Assembly (NCBI GenBank): GCA_964199315.1
Contig: OZ116703.1
Location: 20,522,001-20,586,000, forward strand
Direction: 5' to 3'
Origin: Orbicella franksi
Taxonomy: Eukaryota
Length of the DNA: 64,000 nucleotides
Made by a program: the position numbers and the translations under genes. Within the stretch, counting starts at the first letter, position 1. Each line of letters begins with the position of its first letter. A model generated the notes under the pieces. That model was not told the DNA's origin. It saw nothing but the letters and a program-made list of their open reading frames with translations, and ran no database searches. Of this stretch, positions 47,561 through 62,008 are shown piece after piece.

Positions 47561-49086
47561 GGAGGATGATCTAAGGAACGATTCCCGCTGTTTGATTATC
47601 ATCGTAACTGACTTGGTCCTCATTATCATGTTTTTTGTGACCTCTTCGTTGAGGCAACATCCCGATTTTTCGCGCCTCGAGATGAAACAACAGGCGATAG
47701 CATAAAAATAAACGATCAATGCAATGTTACAGTAGTTCTATGTACTAATGCGTGCACAGTGTTTGTCCTATCAGAAATCTTATTTAAAATAGCCGTTGTC
47801 TAAAAACAGATTAATTCAATATTTAGCAAACAGTTACACTGTAAAATATCAAAGACGAAATCTGGATACATTAACACGTTTTATAATATGCGTTAAATAT
47901 ACCAAGAAGATTGTGGTTTAGTTAGAGCCAATCAATAATTTGTCTATGATCAAAATCGATCATAGGCGTACGTAGTACCTCTTGACTCCACTTGAGGAGC
48001 CACGAGCTAATAACAATAGCCTAGCTACATCGTAACAAAGAAACGCATGCACCGGGTGCGTTCTGGTCATGTGTCCTGTGCCACAATCGATCGGTGATAA
48101 TGACAATGTACGTAAAGTCGTGTTCTATTGGGATCAACCGCTTCTGGTTGGTTGGGTTTTCTTCGTGTTCTTTTGGGGGAAAAACCGTTCTCGGTTGTTT
48201 TGGCTGATCATCTTTTTCATCCGGCCTCATAACAGGTTGAAAGGTCTTGAAACGGTTGAAAACGTATTCGCGTGATCATGTCGCGTGATTGTAGCTATCG
48301 TAAAAGACTATTCCCAGGAGTTACCCCGTTTCAACCGAGAACGGTTGGAAGGATATGCTATTGAGAACACAGACACAGGCAGACCACTCTATGTGTTCGT
48401 GGCTAATAAAAGTATATGAAACGAACAGAATCTATGAGGGTTATGAATAAAGCTCTGAAATTGCATATCTAAATTACATCTCGGTCTGAATATCCCAATA
48501 AGGTTAAATGAAACGTTAATCGACTCATGTGTGATGTTTGTTCGACTTCCTGTGCTGTCTGAAGCGTCTTTTTACGAAATTACTTTTGGCCCAATAGAAC
48601 ACGACCTAAGAGTTAAGGATGACATGAATAAATTTATGTAAAGTGCGTTAAAGCACAATATCGATGAAGTTACCAGACTGATTAATTTAATGCAAAGAAG
48701 ACACAGTCTATAATGAACTGTCTGAATGGTAATTACCTCTGACACGCCATTTCTGGTTCTCGATGCAGATTTCCTTGCTTCACCACGGTCTGACAAGCAG
48801 CAACGAAAAGAAAAAAAAAAAAAAAAAAAAAAACAGAGAGAAAATTCCAAAATTGAAACTAAGAGGACCTTTCAATCATCGCCGAGATAAGTTCCATTTA
48901 AGACATTTGTTTGTCGAAGCTACGCGTGAGATATGCATGTAGGCTTCACTTTCGCATATACAGCAAATCGAGATTGTTCAGTGTTACTATGGGTTTTCTT
49001 CGGCAGGCTCAAAGACCGTCTACTCGGGAGGTTAAATGTCTTGTGTTACTAAGTCAGCCTTACTGGCAATCTTTTAGAGATAATGA

Positions 49087-49240
49087 TTAGAGCGGTTTTC
49101 AATTGAGTGTCGTAAAACCAAAACCAAACCAATTACTTACCAGTTGGACTACTCAGCCAATCTCAAACCGTAGTAAAACCAAAACCAAAACCAAAGTAAT
49201 TGTCTAATTACTTTCGACACTCGATTGAAAACCGCTCTAA
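49087..49240. mobile_element. MITE with about 28-bp TIRs
   Basis: ttagagcggttttcaattgagtgtcg / cgacactcgattgaaaaccgctctaa. Confidence 0.85.
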
Positions 49241-49964
49241 GGAGTTACTGATTAAACTACACCTGAAACGAAGGTCGAATCCGAAGGTCGAAGTCGAAGA
49301 GGATTTAAATTCTTCTTACTTACTATAGTCCTGCTGTTGAGAGCCAAAAATAACCAGAATTGTTCATTTTGTGATAAAAGCATGAAACTTCCCAGGATGA
49401 CTAACCTCTATAAGGTAAACATTTTCTGATATGGAGCCATCCCAAATTTCTACCTAGAAGCACGCTACGCGCATGTCAAAAAATGACATATTAGGCCCCT
49501 GCATGGGAGCGAGGCTGAGTTGAAATGTTTATTTCTAGGCCTTTTCCGGAGTACTTTGCCTAGATTTCTTGCTTTTTAATATAACAGCAACTTACAAAGT
49601 ATCTGGGAGTCGAAAAATTTGTCACGTGATTAGTCACGTGGCCATCATTTTCAATAAACAATCAAATAATACCGAATATTGCATTAATACGATTAATATA
49701 TTTTTTTTCTCCTCTTCTTTCTCGTTTTTCTTCTCAAATAAAAAGAAGTAATTATTTTGAACATTACAATATAGAGTAATAAGATATTCAAACTTAGAAA
49801 CCTGTGTTTCGGCATGCACAATGTCATATTGGGGCTTTGCATCAAATCGAGGCCGAGACAAAGGATGGATCTATGTTGGCTATTGAGGTGATTTGCTTAA
49901 GTCTGGCTTAACGGGATATAACTAATTTCGGTGCGGAATTCAAGAAAAAACTCTTGATTGGTTT

Positions 49965-51960
49965 AAATCGTATTTGACTAAGCGCACACAATGGTGCTCC
50001 GTTAATGGCTGTCACTCTCTGAAATGTGGCGTGCGACAGGGAACGATCCTTGGTCCTCTTTTATTTCTAATTTATATTAACGATTTTCCTAACTGTCTAT
50101 CATTTAGCATACCTAGAATGTATGCTGATGACACCCACATTAATTACGCTGGTTCTGATTTGCATCCGATTGAGTCTAGTCTATCTGACGACCTTGAAAA
50201 ACTAAGCAAATAGCTTGTGTCTAATACACTCGAACTCTCCGATAATAATGTTTCGATTGAACAAGTTTTCTCTGCGAAATCACTTGGAGTAAATGTCAAT
50301 GAAAATCTGACGTGGCATTCCCACATCAACTGTGTAAAAAGATCGCTTCTGCAATTGGAGCCATAAATTTAGTTAAGGTAATTCCCTTGAAATTGTTCTA
50401 CTATCAAACTTTTTTTGCAACTTGGGATAATTAACATTCATGATATCAACATTAAAAAAATGCAATAAAAAAGGGGTCACCGTGCTTGTTAACGCGTCAG
50501 CAGGCTCTTAAAATGGGGTGTTTTTACTGGTTGCGCGTTAAAAATTCGAATCACCTTAGGTAGCTGCCGGTTTCGCCCCATGGTGAGTTCGCCCCCACCG
50601 AGTTCGCCCCTACATCGACTTAACTTGATCGAGTTCACCCCCAACCAGATCGAGTCGCATATAGAGATTATTCCTCGTTCTTTTACCCACTGCCTTATTA
50701 GATTACTGGTGGCGAGGAAACTCGCTTGGTGGCGAGGTGACTTCGCTTGGCGCGAGTTGACTTCGCTCGGTGGCGACCGGGAGTTCGTTGGTGGCGAGAC
50801 TCCCTGATGGCGAGATGACATAAACATACATAGATTGAAATGATTCTTCGAAAACTTTTAATAACTCAATGACAACTACGTAAACACGAACACAAAAGTT
50901 TGGGGCGAACTCGAAATAGAAATTTTATAGTGGGCGCGAACTCGCCATGGGGCGAAACCGGTATCATTCCAGAAATAAGTCTTGGTTGCTTGAAAGACAC
51001 AAAATTTTATGCTGAAAGTAAAGCTTCTTTCATTCACATAAGCAGTATTGCTTTATTTAAGCCGTTTTTGATTGCCTGGTTGTGGGAATATTGCACTTTT
51101 TCGGACGGTTCCGTGGTTAGCTTGAAGTCCGCGCCTTGGCCAAAATACACCCAGTATGGAGCTATTTTATAAAAAAAATCATGTTCTACTATGAAACTTT
51201 TTTTCTTCCTTAAATATGTTCTTTATTAGACTGTTCTTAGCAAATACCCGAAGAAAGATCGGGGGTCACCATGCTCGTTTAAGAGAAAAGGAGCATTTAT
51301 TTCGCTATCGAGCTTAGTTTGAGGGAAATCTCTTACGTTTTGCACGCGCACGGGCTCATGACTTAGGGATGCGTAATGCAATACTAAGGAATCACCTTGA
51401 GTCATTTGTGCCTCAATCTACCCTACTCTGCAATGCAACATCACTACCTCAACCTCACTTTGATTACTGCAGCCTAGTCTGGGGTAATTGTGGCAAAACA
51501 TTATCTAACAGGCTACAAAAACTACAAAACCATGCTGCACGAGTAATAACTTCATCGGGCTATGACGCTGATGTCGATCCCTTGTTTCACAAACTCAGCT
51601 GGAAAGACTTGCAATTTCAATGTCAAATTCAGAAAGTTCTAATGGTTTTCAAATCTTTAAACGGTCTGGTTCCCGAGTATCTCACTTCTAAATTTGTAAC
51701 ACGAAATGAATCAAATTATGCTCTGAGGGACTCGGTTAACAAACTTGTTGTTCCCTCTCCGAGAACTAACTACATGAAAAATAGTTTTAGTTACAGCGGC
51801 GCAACCCTTTGGAACAGGCTACCCTGTAATCACGGAAATCAGGTTTATAAGCATAATGTTGTTGTAAGTTAATATGATATTAGGATTAGAATTTTAGGTT
51901 TAGGATCTTAGACATGTTATTCTTACCGTATATAAATAATGATTAAAGATTAAAGATTAC
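49965..51960 (+). mobile_element. Degenerate CR1/L2-type LINE reverse transcriptase, interrupted at 50373-51400
   Basis: GVRQGTILGPLLFLIYINDF, MYADDT, then QPHFDYCS..WG...LQKLQN.AAR..., LWNRLP. Confidence 0.9.
50373..51400. mobile_element. Kolobok-like TIR element (TTAA/TTGA ends) with nested MITE 50567-50961
   Basis: ttaaggtaattccc / ggaatcaccttga; inner ccggtttcgccccatgg / ccatggggcgaaaccgg. Confidence 0.7.
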
Positions 51961-54900
51961 AAACTGAATAACATTTCTCACAGACATAAAATATACCAAC
52001 CAGTAGGTCGTATTACAAGTTTCCTTGGTTCTCATTTAAGTTTAGAACGTACTTTAAAAGCAACCTAAACAAATTCATAGGCTGCATTATCTAAATTGAC
52101 AGGATTGATGTATTTTACATTTTAATGCTATTTACATTTTTTCTGCATTTCCTTTGAAAGATACTACAGCAAAGTGATTGGAAATTCCTGTTCTCTTAAA
52201 AAATTAACATATGCTTGAAGGCTAATCTTGACTGTACCGGTTTGTGCAGTTGTGGTGGAAATTACAACTAAAAGAACCTTCATTCAGCTAGTGTTTTTAA
52301 AAGCAGGCTTCGGAACGTTACAGCCAATAAAAGCTGTTTTTCAAAACGTTTCCTTCAGACCAAAAAGTTCAGCTAGTGTTGTGACATACCTGATCTACTC
52401 CGGCATATTTAAAAGTTTCAAACGCGAAATAGAAAAGGTGTCTCAATCACAGTAAGCAAGTAACTCAAGAAAATCATGTCAATCAAACCTATATAAATTG
52501 ACTCTGTATCTCAGTCTCGATTTGATGCATAGTTTTGATATTACGTTTTTGGCACATACAAAACATACATTCAAGGTTTGAATTTCCTAGTCTAGATATT
52601 AGAATCTACATTGCAAATAATAAAATTGGTATGTAAAAAATCGTCATCATTCCTCATCATTTTATTTCTTAATAAAACGATTTTACAGTTGCACTGGCCC
52701 GCGGATAGCTATGCTAGTCTAGGCGGGCCAGTCTATCAATAGTTACAAAGGATCTATTATAATTATTACTTTTATTACTATTATTATTACCATGATAAAT
52801 AGAGAAAAATAGAAAGTTAGAAAAAAAGTGAACAAAATAAAAAGAAAAACTGGGAAAAGAATGTGATTTAATAGATAAGATTTTTTTTTGTTTGTTTGTT
52901 TGATTGTTGGTTGTATTTTTTTACTATTGCTACTGGCATTTTAATTTACAAATGATCCTGCAAACCTCAATGAAGGAATCTTCATCTTCGAGAACACTTA
53001 GTAGTTTGTTTTTAATTCTGAGTTTGAATGATTTCTTTCGTAGTTCTAACAATGGTAATGATTTCATCAGTGCGTATTGCTTTGCTTGTAGTTGAACATA
53101 ATGGTCACGTGACTATCACGTGACATAATTTAAGACTCATAGGCAATGGTTAATTTGTCGTTGTATTAAGAAAGCAAGACACTAGGCAAAGTAGTCCCAG
53201 AAGGCAAAAAAAAATTGGTATTTTGCATCAGCCTCGTTTCCATGTAAGGGCCTTGTATGCCATATTTTTGACATGCGCATTCCATGGTTCTGGAAGAAAA
53301 TTTGGCATGGCTCCATATCAGGAAATATTTGTCTTATAGAGCTTAGTAACCCTGCCAAGTTTGATGCTTTTATCAAAAAACGAACAATTTTGTCCCTTAA
53401 CAGCTGGACTACTAAAACATCCAACTCTATTGCGCTTTATGCGGCTTTCATGCGCTCTCATTGAACTGAACTTGCCCTTATTTAAAAGTTGAAAGTTGTC
53501 GTTCGTTTCCCAAAGTAGATAATGTGTGTGTATCCCGGCCTCACTTATTTATCCATCTGTCTGCCGCTAGTTATCGTTTTGAACTGCCATCCTTCAACTT
53601 TTGTGTATTTTCGTACATATTTTATCCGTGACATATTATGAAAGATGTCGACTTACCTTAAAGCGACATCATTCTTGCCATCATGAGCGAACACGTCGCC
53701 ATTGTGTTCGGACAAGTATATATTCTTTTGTTGGCACTATTTTCCAAGCCTCACAACTGGTCAATTGCTTTAAAACGACGGTGAAGACACTTCGAAGCGG
53801 TATCCAGGTCGACCTGATAATATATCTGGTGAGAATTTGGACAATAACAAACTTTCAGGACTTTGTTTTGTCTCGTGAACAAATCAGCAACCCAAACAAC
53901 GACGGCCAAGTTGCCTTTAATCAATGCAGTGCGGAAAACAGCACAGCGTGACAACATGACAGGTCATATAATTATTTGGTCCACAAACTTCCGGGTACGA
54001 AAACAAAATAAAATATGGAAAAAATAAACAAAATAATAATAATAAGAAAAAAGATAAGTAATACTGAAAACTTTACCGGCGAGCTAGGAACACAGACAGA
54101 CGTATATACATGCAGTATGTTACATTTCATAATTCACTATTCATGCTTTCGGGGTAAAATTCGTCATATTGCAAATGGGAACTCAGCTTCCAATAACTTT
54201 AACAAATTGTACAATATTCACAATTGAAAAATGAGAGAAAAAACTCTAAAGAAAATGGGCACAAGTTACGATGCAATGGCTCAAATACGAGTAATTTTAG
54301 GCCACAGTGTTAAACTTGAAATCGCATTTTAGATTTGCATACATTTGTGCACGAGAAGATGATGGCTGTGGATGCCTGTACTTAACATGATTGTACGAAA
54401 ATATCACATTTCTTGAATGATGAAATTCTTAACCAAATGACATATATTAAATGGCAAAATCCGCCACCAAAGTAGCAATTCACTTTTGAATAATTTACTC
54501 TGTCGAAATCGAATTCGAAATTTCTGAACTTCAGCTCTGCTTTCGGGGTAGACATCGTTATGTAACACCCAGTAAAAATATAATTATCATAATATTGTCA
54601 AATGTGTAGTTTTTCTGCGGTCACTCAGCACCAACTCCATCAATCCATGATTATATAGGGAGTTTCAGACGTTAAAGAAAGGAACCCCTATCTCTCACTT
54701 TTTTCAATTGATCTAATGATATCTAGGTTGCGTTTATGAATTTTAACAAGGGCCCAGCAACGAAGCGTGTCTGGGTTTATCTCGAAGTCACGTAGTCGTT
54801 GTCGGACATACATAGAAGACAACGGCTTCCTATAACTAGACTTCTAGATAGAATGTCATGAGTAGATCTGGTTCCGAATAAGGCAAAACTACATTATTTA

Positions 54901-56448
54901 GCGATACACGTTTGATATAGGGAAACAGGCGAAAATATCGCTTTAAGATGTAAGATTTTGCCGGCGGTATGAAATTCGAGACACTTCGATTCATCACGAG
55001 ATCGCGGATGAAACACATTTTAAAACACACTTTGAAACAAATTCCGAACGTGCAACTGAGAGTATTATGAACGAAACTTTCTGTGATTTTGCTTATTCAA
55101 CGTTCTTGATACATTAAATGTTGAAGAAGGTGGTTTAAGCCAGACTTTACCATGGTCGCTAGACAAAAGTCTATAAGATATTTACTCACCCAGTATTCTT
55201 TTGTTTTCTTTCACCGCTGGCTAAAAGTCCGATAAATGATCATAATTCGATTATGAGTGACATATGTTCACCAAATGACATTAAAACGTACTGTAGGAAA
55301 CATTTTTGGAAGTCAAAGGGTCTGAAAAAGTTCGATTTCCTCGGAAAACTAGGTATTTGTCTTTGTCCTTCCGCTGACCCATAAGTTACGCATGTTGAGC
55401 ATGAACATATATTGAATAGGCAGCTGGGCACACACACAGCCAATGAAACACATCATACTACTCATAAAGTAGTGTATAACATCGAAAGGAATTAAAAAAA
55501 AAAAAAAACCCAACGTTTTCTGTCAATAAATCCAGCTACATTCTGTCTTTGACATTCTACACAAATCCAGCTTTACTTTATTTCACTCAATATGCGGTCT
55601 TTCACGCTGTTTTGTTCTGACTTTGTCTCGAAAATTTTATGAATATTCAAGTGCATCCGAGTTTTTACCGTTTACAGCTTCATGATTACACAGGGAATTA
55701 TAAGTTAAGCGAGTGCTAAGTATGTCACACAATTCAAGTGTAAATCTATACACATTATTTTACGTCGTTCACTCAAACAACTGGAGGTAACTTTTTCACA
55801 GATGTGTGAAGACAGTGAAGCAGAGGCAATGGAAATTTACGCATAATATTCTCTAAAACAAACGAACAAATAAATAATTAACCCATCCTGATAAAAAAAA
55901 GGGGGGGGGAATTGTGGGTGGATGCCCCTTAGGTCACAGTTTCGTCGTAAAACATATGTTAAATTACTTTGCATGTAACAGTTAATTAGCTTACTCTGCA
56001 AGAATCAACCTTTTTGACGCCTGATATGACCACCATCTTGGGTCCGCCATCTTGAATTGTACTATTTTCTCAGAAGGTCCAGATATGACGCAAATTTATC
56101 GAAAATAAATCCAAGAATATAATGGATTGTAAACCGGCAGTAATACTACGATGCTACTCAATAAAACGGGAAGGAAGATTATTCTAGATGTTAAACTGTG
56201 GTTGCTATGGAAATGTCAAATGACGTTGAGAAACAGCTGGAATATTACGCCTTTCCACAAGTGTTGAATAAACCTTTGCTATCTTGGCAAGTAAACATGG
56301 CGGACAGGTGTTGCGTTAAATTTTTATTTAATCGGAAGACATCACTCGAGCTCGAATCAAGTCCAGGAACCGGATATCAATTTTAAAGTATAAGGAATTT
56401 TCAAAATGACTACCGTCGCCCTTGGTTGCGGAACACTGACAAATCATG

Positions 56449-56482
<34 letters not shown>

Positions 56483-57789
56483 ATCATTCGATCACCACGT
56501 TTGCATTCATATTTAAAACACTCTCTGACAACTCAGGGATGCGATCTGTCATTTTTCTGACAAGAACGTGGTTAAAATTACGCATGAGCAGAATATTATT
56601 TGCAGCAAAAACACATTTAGTCGGTATTACGAATGAGCGGATCATTATTTGTAGGCAGTTATTTGCAGGTCACATGGTGGTCTCTCGGCCAGGACGAAAA
56701 AATGCATGAATGATAATGGTTAATATTTACTTTTACTTCATCTCAGTAAATATTCACCACAGTTCTCTTCGCCTTCGAAGAATAATTGTTAAATTTGTTA
56801 AATATAGCCTTAATATCTCGCCCAGATGAGGCTAGCCGCTGAAAGTAATATACCAGAAACGAGAGACCGTGTTTCGTTTCATTTTCAAACGCCGAGGAGA
56901 GAGTTCAAATGTAATTTTGCTGCGCGTCGCATTTTTAACTCTCTCTATATACTCTGCTAGCCTCATTATCGTTGCTTAACTCAATTCAGACCGGACGTGC
57001 TAATGCTGGAGAGAAACCTGCGATAGAATAGCACCTCATCCAAGAGGAGTAACAGATACCCCTAGCCACTTCTTGCTACAGAAACCGGAGATAAACGCCG
57101 AGAGCTATGAGACAGTTGGGCTGAAGACAGTTTACGCTGTATTGTCATAACTGCAGCAACTCATCCAGTAGCAGTACTCCTGGTTCTTTCGTGTGACCCA
57201 GTGTTGACCTTAACTTAATCCTAAAAAAATTTACACAGATTTTCTTTTAAAATTGAATTGTCTCAGGTCTAACTACTTTATATTTTACTTTATTCGAAAA
57301 CTTGAAGCCAATAACAATGCAATAAACTGAGCTCTTAAGACACTGCCGTCTGGCAATCCAGTAATGACAAGAACATCATCAGATGGACAGCTACCGCAGG
57401 AACCTTCTTTTCCTTTTAAGGCCGTGTTTAATTAATCAGCTGACTATCTTAAATTGACACTGCTTATGAACTATAGACGTAATGTTTCTTTTAGATAGAC
57501 GTCACTATTCCCCATTTGTGATATTTCATGTTAATGAAAGGAGGATCAAAGAGGCGCTTGGATTAATATCAGACCTTTTAGTAAATAAGAAAAACCCATC
57601 AGGATAGAGTCGCCATAACAAGGCCAACATTTAGGGAGAAACATACGCCTTGACGATTGTCAAGATTTATGAAGCCTGACAATATGGTCTGAAACACCTG
57701 CGTCTTAGGAAACATTTTATATGCGCGTCAGTGAACGAAAGAGTAATTCAGCGCTGACCCAAAAAGATAAGTTTTAAGTTTTTTCAGAT

Positions 57790-57883
57790 GTTCGTTCATA
57801 AGTCTGTTCAGAAATACGTTCAGAAATCTGTTCAAAAGTCTGTTCAGAAATCCTTTCAGAAGTCCATTCAAAAGTCTGATCAG
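57790..57883. repeat. Degenerate 12-bp minisatellite (tctgttcagaaa-like, about 7 copies)
   Basis: Seen directly. Confidence 0.8.
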
Positions 57884-58418
57884 CAGTCATTATATTAGAC
57901 CTTTAGTCTAACAAATTCTATGCGATGAAACTTGATCATTTGTTCCCCTGTCGCGTTTTACCTCACCATATCATGCATTTAATAAGTCCATATAAATGGA
58001 GTGAAAGATAAATTTCGTATTGGTGAGTTGGGTTCTTCATTAATCTACCCAATCTTGATCGCCGCAGAATAGATAAGTTCCTTGCAAACGTCAATTCATA
58101 GTATGTGATGATAAACAAAGTAAGAGCACAAAATTTGTTCATTACAGTAAGAAAATGCTTTCAACGTAGTCAGCAAATGAAGCAAAACCACAGTTCATTA
58201 AAATGCAGACAAAGATGTGGTTTAGTTTCTTGAAAGCAGACAACACAATTTACCACAGTTTGCTATTCAATTTCCCTTGAAAATTCTGAAAAAAAAAAAT
58301 CATTCTTAGATTATTTATGATAAGTTGTTGACTTCAAATTTTCTCGAATTTCCCATTCGAAAACACGACGGTCTCCGTCATTTATTTTTCCTCAGTAGGT
58401 GTGGCGTAAAGGTCTGTA

Positions 58419-59516
58419 TTATGCCTTAGGCGGCTCGGCTAGATAACTTTCATGAATTTTGAGCTTTCCTCTTTTCCCGTCACTAATGCGTGACTTGGAC
58501 GAATATTTTTCCGTAATTCCGTAAGTATTTCGAAGACTTAACGATGGTCCTTCGTTTCGTGAAGCTCCAGATCTTCCTATCATTGCTCGGATGGCTTGCC
58601 GGAAGTCGTGCTTGCGATATACGTAAAGAAGAGGATCCAAAACAGAGTTCAAAAACTTAGGATAATAAAACACTACGTATTCAACGGAGACAGGTAACGA
58701 GAAGAAATCATTCCCAAACTGGTGCTGCAGGTCAAGAAGGAAATAAGGAAGCCAGCAAATTATATAAACAACGATCATACTCAGGAAAATTATGGCCGCG
58801 CGTCTTTCACGAGAGTGGGAACGCCGCTGTTCCAGTTTAACACACAGGCCCACGTTGTTCTTCTTGATTGCTCGCAGCTGTTGTCTCAAAGCAAGAAATA
58901 TTGTAGTGTAGCAGAATATCATTGTTATAAGTGGTACCAAGAAGAACGAGATGATGCAAAATATGTCATATATGATGTTTATTCTTGCGGTTTTCTCGTC
59001 GCTGTCTTCGTTAACATTTACATCGAGACCAAGCCATGAGAGTTGAATCAGGGCGACAAAGATGGCGGTTAACCACACTGAGAGAAATAATGAGAGTATC
59101 CTTCGCTTCGTAACCAAGGAGCGATAGCGAATGGCGTGGACAACAGCGACATGGCGATCGACGGAAACTAGAAGGAGGTGAAGAACAATAGAAATCGAGA
59201 AGAATCTCGTCAGCATCTGGGTGATGCCGCAAACCGCGGTCTTTTGAATTGCAGAGCAAGCCAAATACAAAGGTATTCCAATTACACCACTGAGCAAGTC
59301 TGAAAACGCCAAGCTCCCTAGGATTAAGTTCGTTACCGTTCGAAGAGACTTCACTTTTACAGTGAGAAACAAGATAAGGGAATTCAACGCTGCGGTGAAA
59401 ATGGCAAGGAGTAACGGAAACGTATCAAATTCTGGGCTGAAGCCAAGGATATTCTGTTCTTCATCGTCCATACCTTTCAGCAGGTCGTTTTGAAGATTAC
59501 TTGTCGAGTTATCCAT
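58419..59516 (-). CDS. Class A (rhodopsin-like) GPCR, intronless, 365 aa, adenosine/amine-receptor-like orphan
   Basis: Seven hydrophobic segments; SLAFSDLL, DRH, CWLP and DPLLY motifs. Confidence 0.93.
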   Translation of the reverse strand: MDNSTSNLQNDLLKGMDDEEQNILGFSPEFDTFPLLLAIFTAALNSLILFLTVKVKSLRTVTNLILGSLAFSDLLSGVIGIPLYLACSAIQKTAVCGITQMLTRFFSISIVLHLLLVSVDRHVAVVHAIRYRSLVTKRRILSLFLSVWLTAIFVALIQLSWLGLDVNVNEDSDEKTARINIIYDIFCIISFFLVPLITMIFCYTTIFLALRQQLRAIKKNNVGLCVKLEQRRSHSRERRAAIIFLSMIVVYIICWLPYFLLDLQHQFGNDFFSLPVSVEYVVFYYPKFLNSVLDPLLYVYRKHDFRQAIRAMIGRSGASRNEGPSLSLRNTYGITEKYSSKSRISDGKRGKLKIHESYLAEPPKA

Positions 59517-62008
59517 ACTAAAAAAAATTCGTGCTCACATTTGGGCTGATAGTGAGCTGTTGATAGCGATAGTTACTTATGAAAACAAATTAATGGCGAA
59601 TAAAGCATTCAAACGAAAGACAGTCGATGTGCGTCATCAAACACGCTGCAGGGACAATGTATGCATGAGCCTCGCGAGAAATGGAGGCATAAATAAAACT
59701 AAAAACTGATGAAAATTTAGCATCTAACAGCTGTCAGTTTTAAGAGTTTGTATACAACTGTTTTTTTTTTTTTTTTTTTTTCGGTCTTGGTGGACTGCCA
59801 TCTCGAAAAAAGCAATTATATGTGATAGATAAATAAGTAAATAACATATACTACATTGTTTAGAGAGGAAGCTACATCAGCACTGGCGGGTTTTCAGCCC
59901 TTTCACGCGGGACCCCTATCCAGGCCAAATTGGAATACATGATATTATCTACGTTGTGCAACAAAACGGTTGCCCAGTTCTGTATTATTTGTTCTCTTCC
60001 TATTGATAATTTTAAATATGACCTAGAATAATTATGTCAAAGGCGATGACAATTATAGGTGATTACGGAGGCCCGAAATTGTTAACCCGAAAATGTCCAT
60101 CGTATGCAAAAATTGCTTTTTTTTTTCATTCTGAAAAACTGATTATTGTGGTTTCACGGTGTAACAATCATGTTATCAAGTTTGGTACCGAGTCTGCTTA
60201 TATAATTATGCACTTGCCACAATATTACCACCCGCCTCCTAAGGGCGATTGTATAATTAACACACAAAGATATTGAGATAACCATCAACACAAGTCAAAT
60301 GTCATCATAGCTATTTTCAAGCACAGTCAGAAGTTACTGTCGAAACGAGCACTATTAAAATAATGAATTAGATAAGACAAGATTTTTTATATAGATCCTA
60401 CGTATAAGCCATGCTTAGACCCTAAGGGCCCGAGAAAAGTTGACAATATAATAGGTTAGCCACAATAAGTATAGAAGTCTCCAACTTCGAGTACGTGATT
60501 ACACAGGACGAGTGCTTTAGTGAACGCTTTCACGAGCCTTTAGGCGGGTGCAATTTGTGAGCTTTCAAAACATCGTGAGTAGTAACTATTAATCACGAAT
60601 CAGCTGCTGTGTGCTGAGAAGTACTTTTTTTTATATTTCAAATCATTTAGTAAAATTAAAATAATTGAAGAAAGAAAATATAAATAAAAGCTTGTGTTGA
60701 TCTCAAACCTACCTCTCTTGTTCCCTAAATCGTATTCACGTGTCTCCCATAACTCCGGCCTCATGTATTCTGAGCACGTTTAAATTTGACAACAATTTTT
60801 CATTGGGTAAAGCCACTACTGACAGTCACTTATATTCGTTCGTGTTACAATTGTCAAGTTTTTATACTCACTTTCACATTTTTGTGCTTATGCACTGTTT
60901 ACAAAGAAACACAAAGGCCATTTTAAGGAGTACAACTTGGGTTTAAATCTACTGCTCTTAAAAAATCAGAATCGAAGACGTTTGTTAACTACATACTGTA
61001 AAAGATAATCAACAAAATATGATTATCAGCAATAAAACATTAGAAAAAAAAAATGTTAATGCAAATTAATTATATATCAATACAAAAGAAAAAAGCGATT
61101 AAAACTGGGACCTGTGAAAGATCTATTTCCTCTTTCACTTCTTCTCTTTTACATTGTACAAGGATATCTTAGACACTTTTTTTATAAGATTTCAAAGAGA
61201 AACCGCAATTAGGAAACATTTCCTTAAAATAAAATGAAACTCATTTTAAACGTAGACACAACTGTCTCCTTATTTGAAAGTCTCTGTCTGATATGATCTA
61301 TAATACAAAATTTCAATGTCATGCATCACGCATCAGGCGGTTGACCCTTCTACGTTGACAAGGAAGACCGCAAATGATTAACGACAAAGTACGTATGTGG
61401 GATGCATGTTTGACAAAGGGACTAAAACAAATTGCTGTTTAAAAAAAACCTTAATAGGATTCGTGCATCAATAACCAGAAAATAGAGTTATAAAGTCAGA
61501 AAGATCAACTTAAAGTCAATTAGCTGGAATACGGCAGAATTACAGCCTAATCTGATCCGCGTGCTTCCTGTACAGCAATCGTATTTTCACAGACACGATT
61601 TCCCAAACTTGGAATTGTATCTATTTCCTTTGAGAAAATTTAACTTTTAATGCAGCTGTCTTCACATGTTTAGGAGTTGTTAGCACTGGTTTATTGACTT
61701 TGCTTAGGTTGGACCAATTTTGGTGGTTTCCTGACGTTTTGTAATAATAATAATTAAAAAAAAAAAAACAAGATGGTGGATTCAAGGCGTCCTCATCTTA
61801 TGTCACATATTTTGAACGTACTATGTACACGGTACCTTGTACGTTTCACTATCATTGCTTACATTTTCATGAGGTTTACGGAGGGAAGGATGGACTCCGA
61901 CCACTCTTGGTGGACCAGGATTAAAAACTTCCCGTTTTAAACAGGGTTAAAGTTCTTAAATGACTTTCATTTATTGGTTGGCAATGTCAACACAATTCGC
62001 TGAAGAAG

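Larger units (their letters stand above)
49326..53411. mobile_element. 4.1-kb Academ-like element with diverged ~320-bp TIRs and nested insertions
   Basis: TAGTCC...GGACTA termini, CTA TSD on both sides; 49326-49646 is an inverted homologue of 53101-53411. Confidence 0.7.

Noticed and set aside
56871-56886. ISRE-like gtttcgtttcattttc
   Set aside because: Appears to sit inside a dispersed repeat and far from any defined TSS.
57000-57135. SINE-like 3' segment
   Set aside because: Resembles an anthozoan SINE body from memory only; no A/B boxes or TSD visible, so it is not called a tRNA or SINE.
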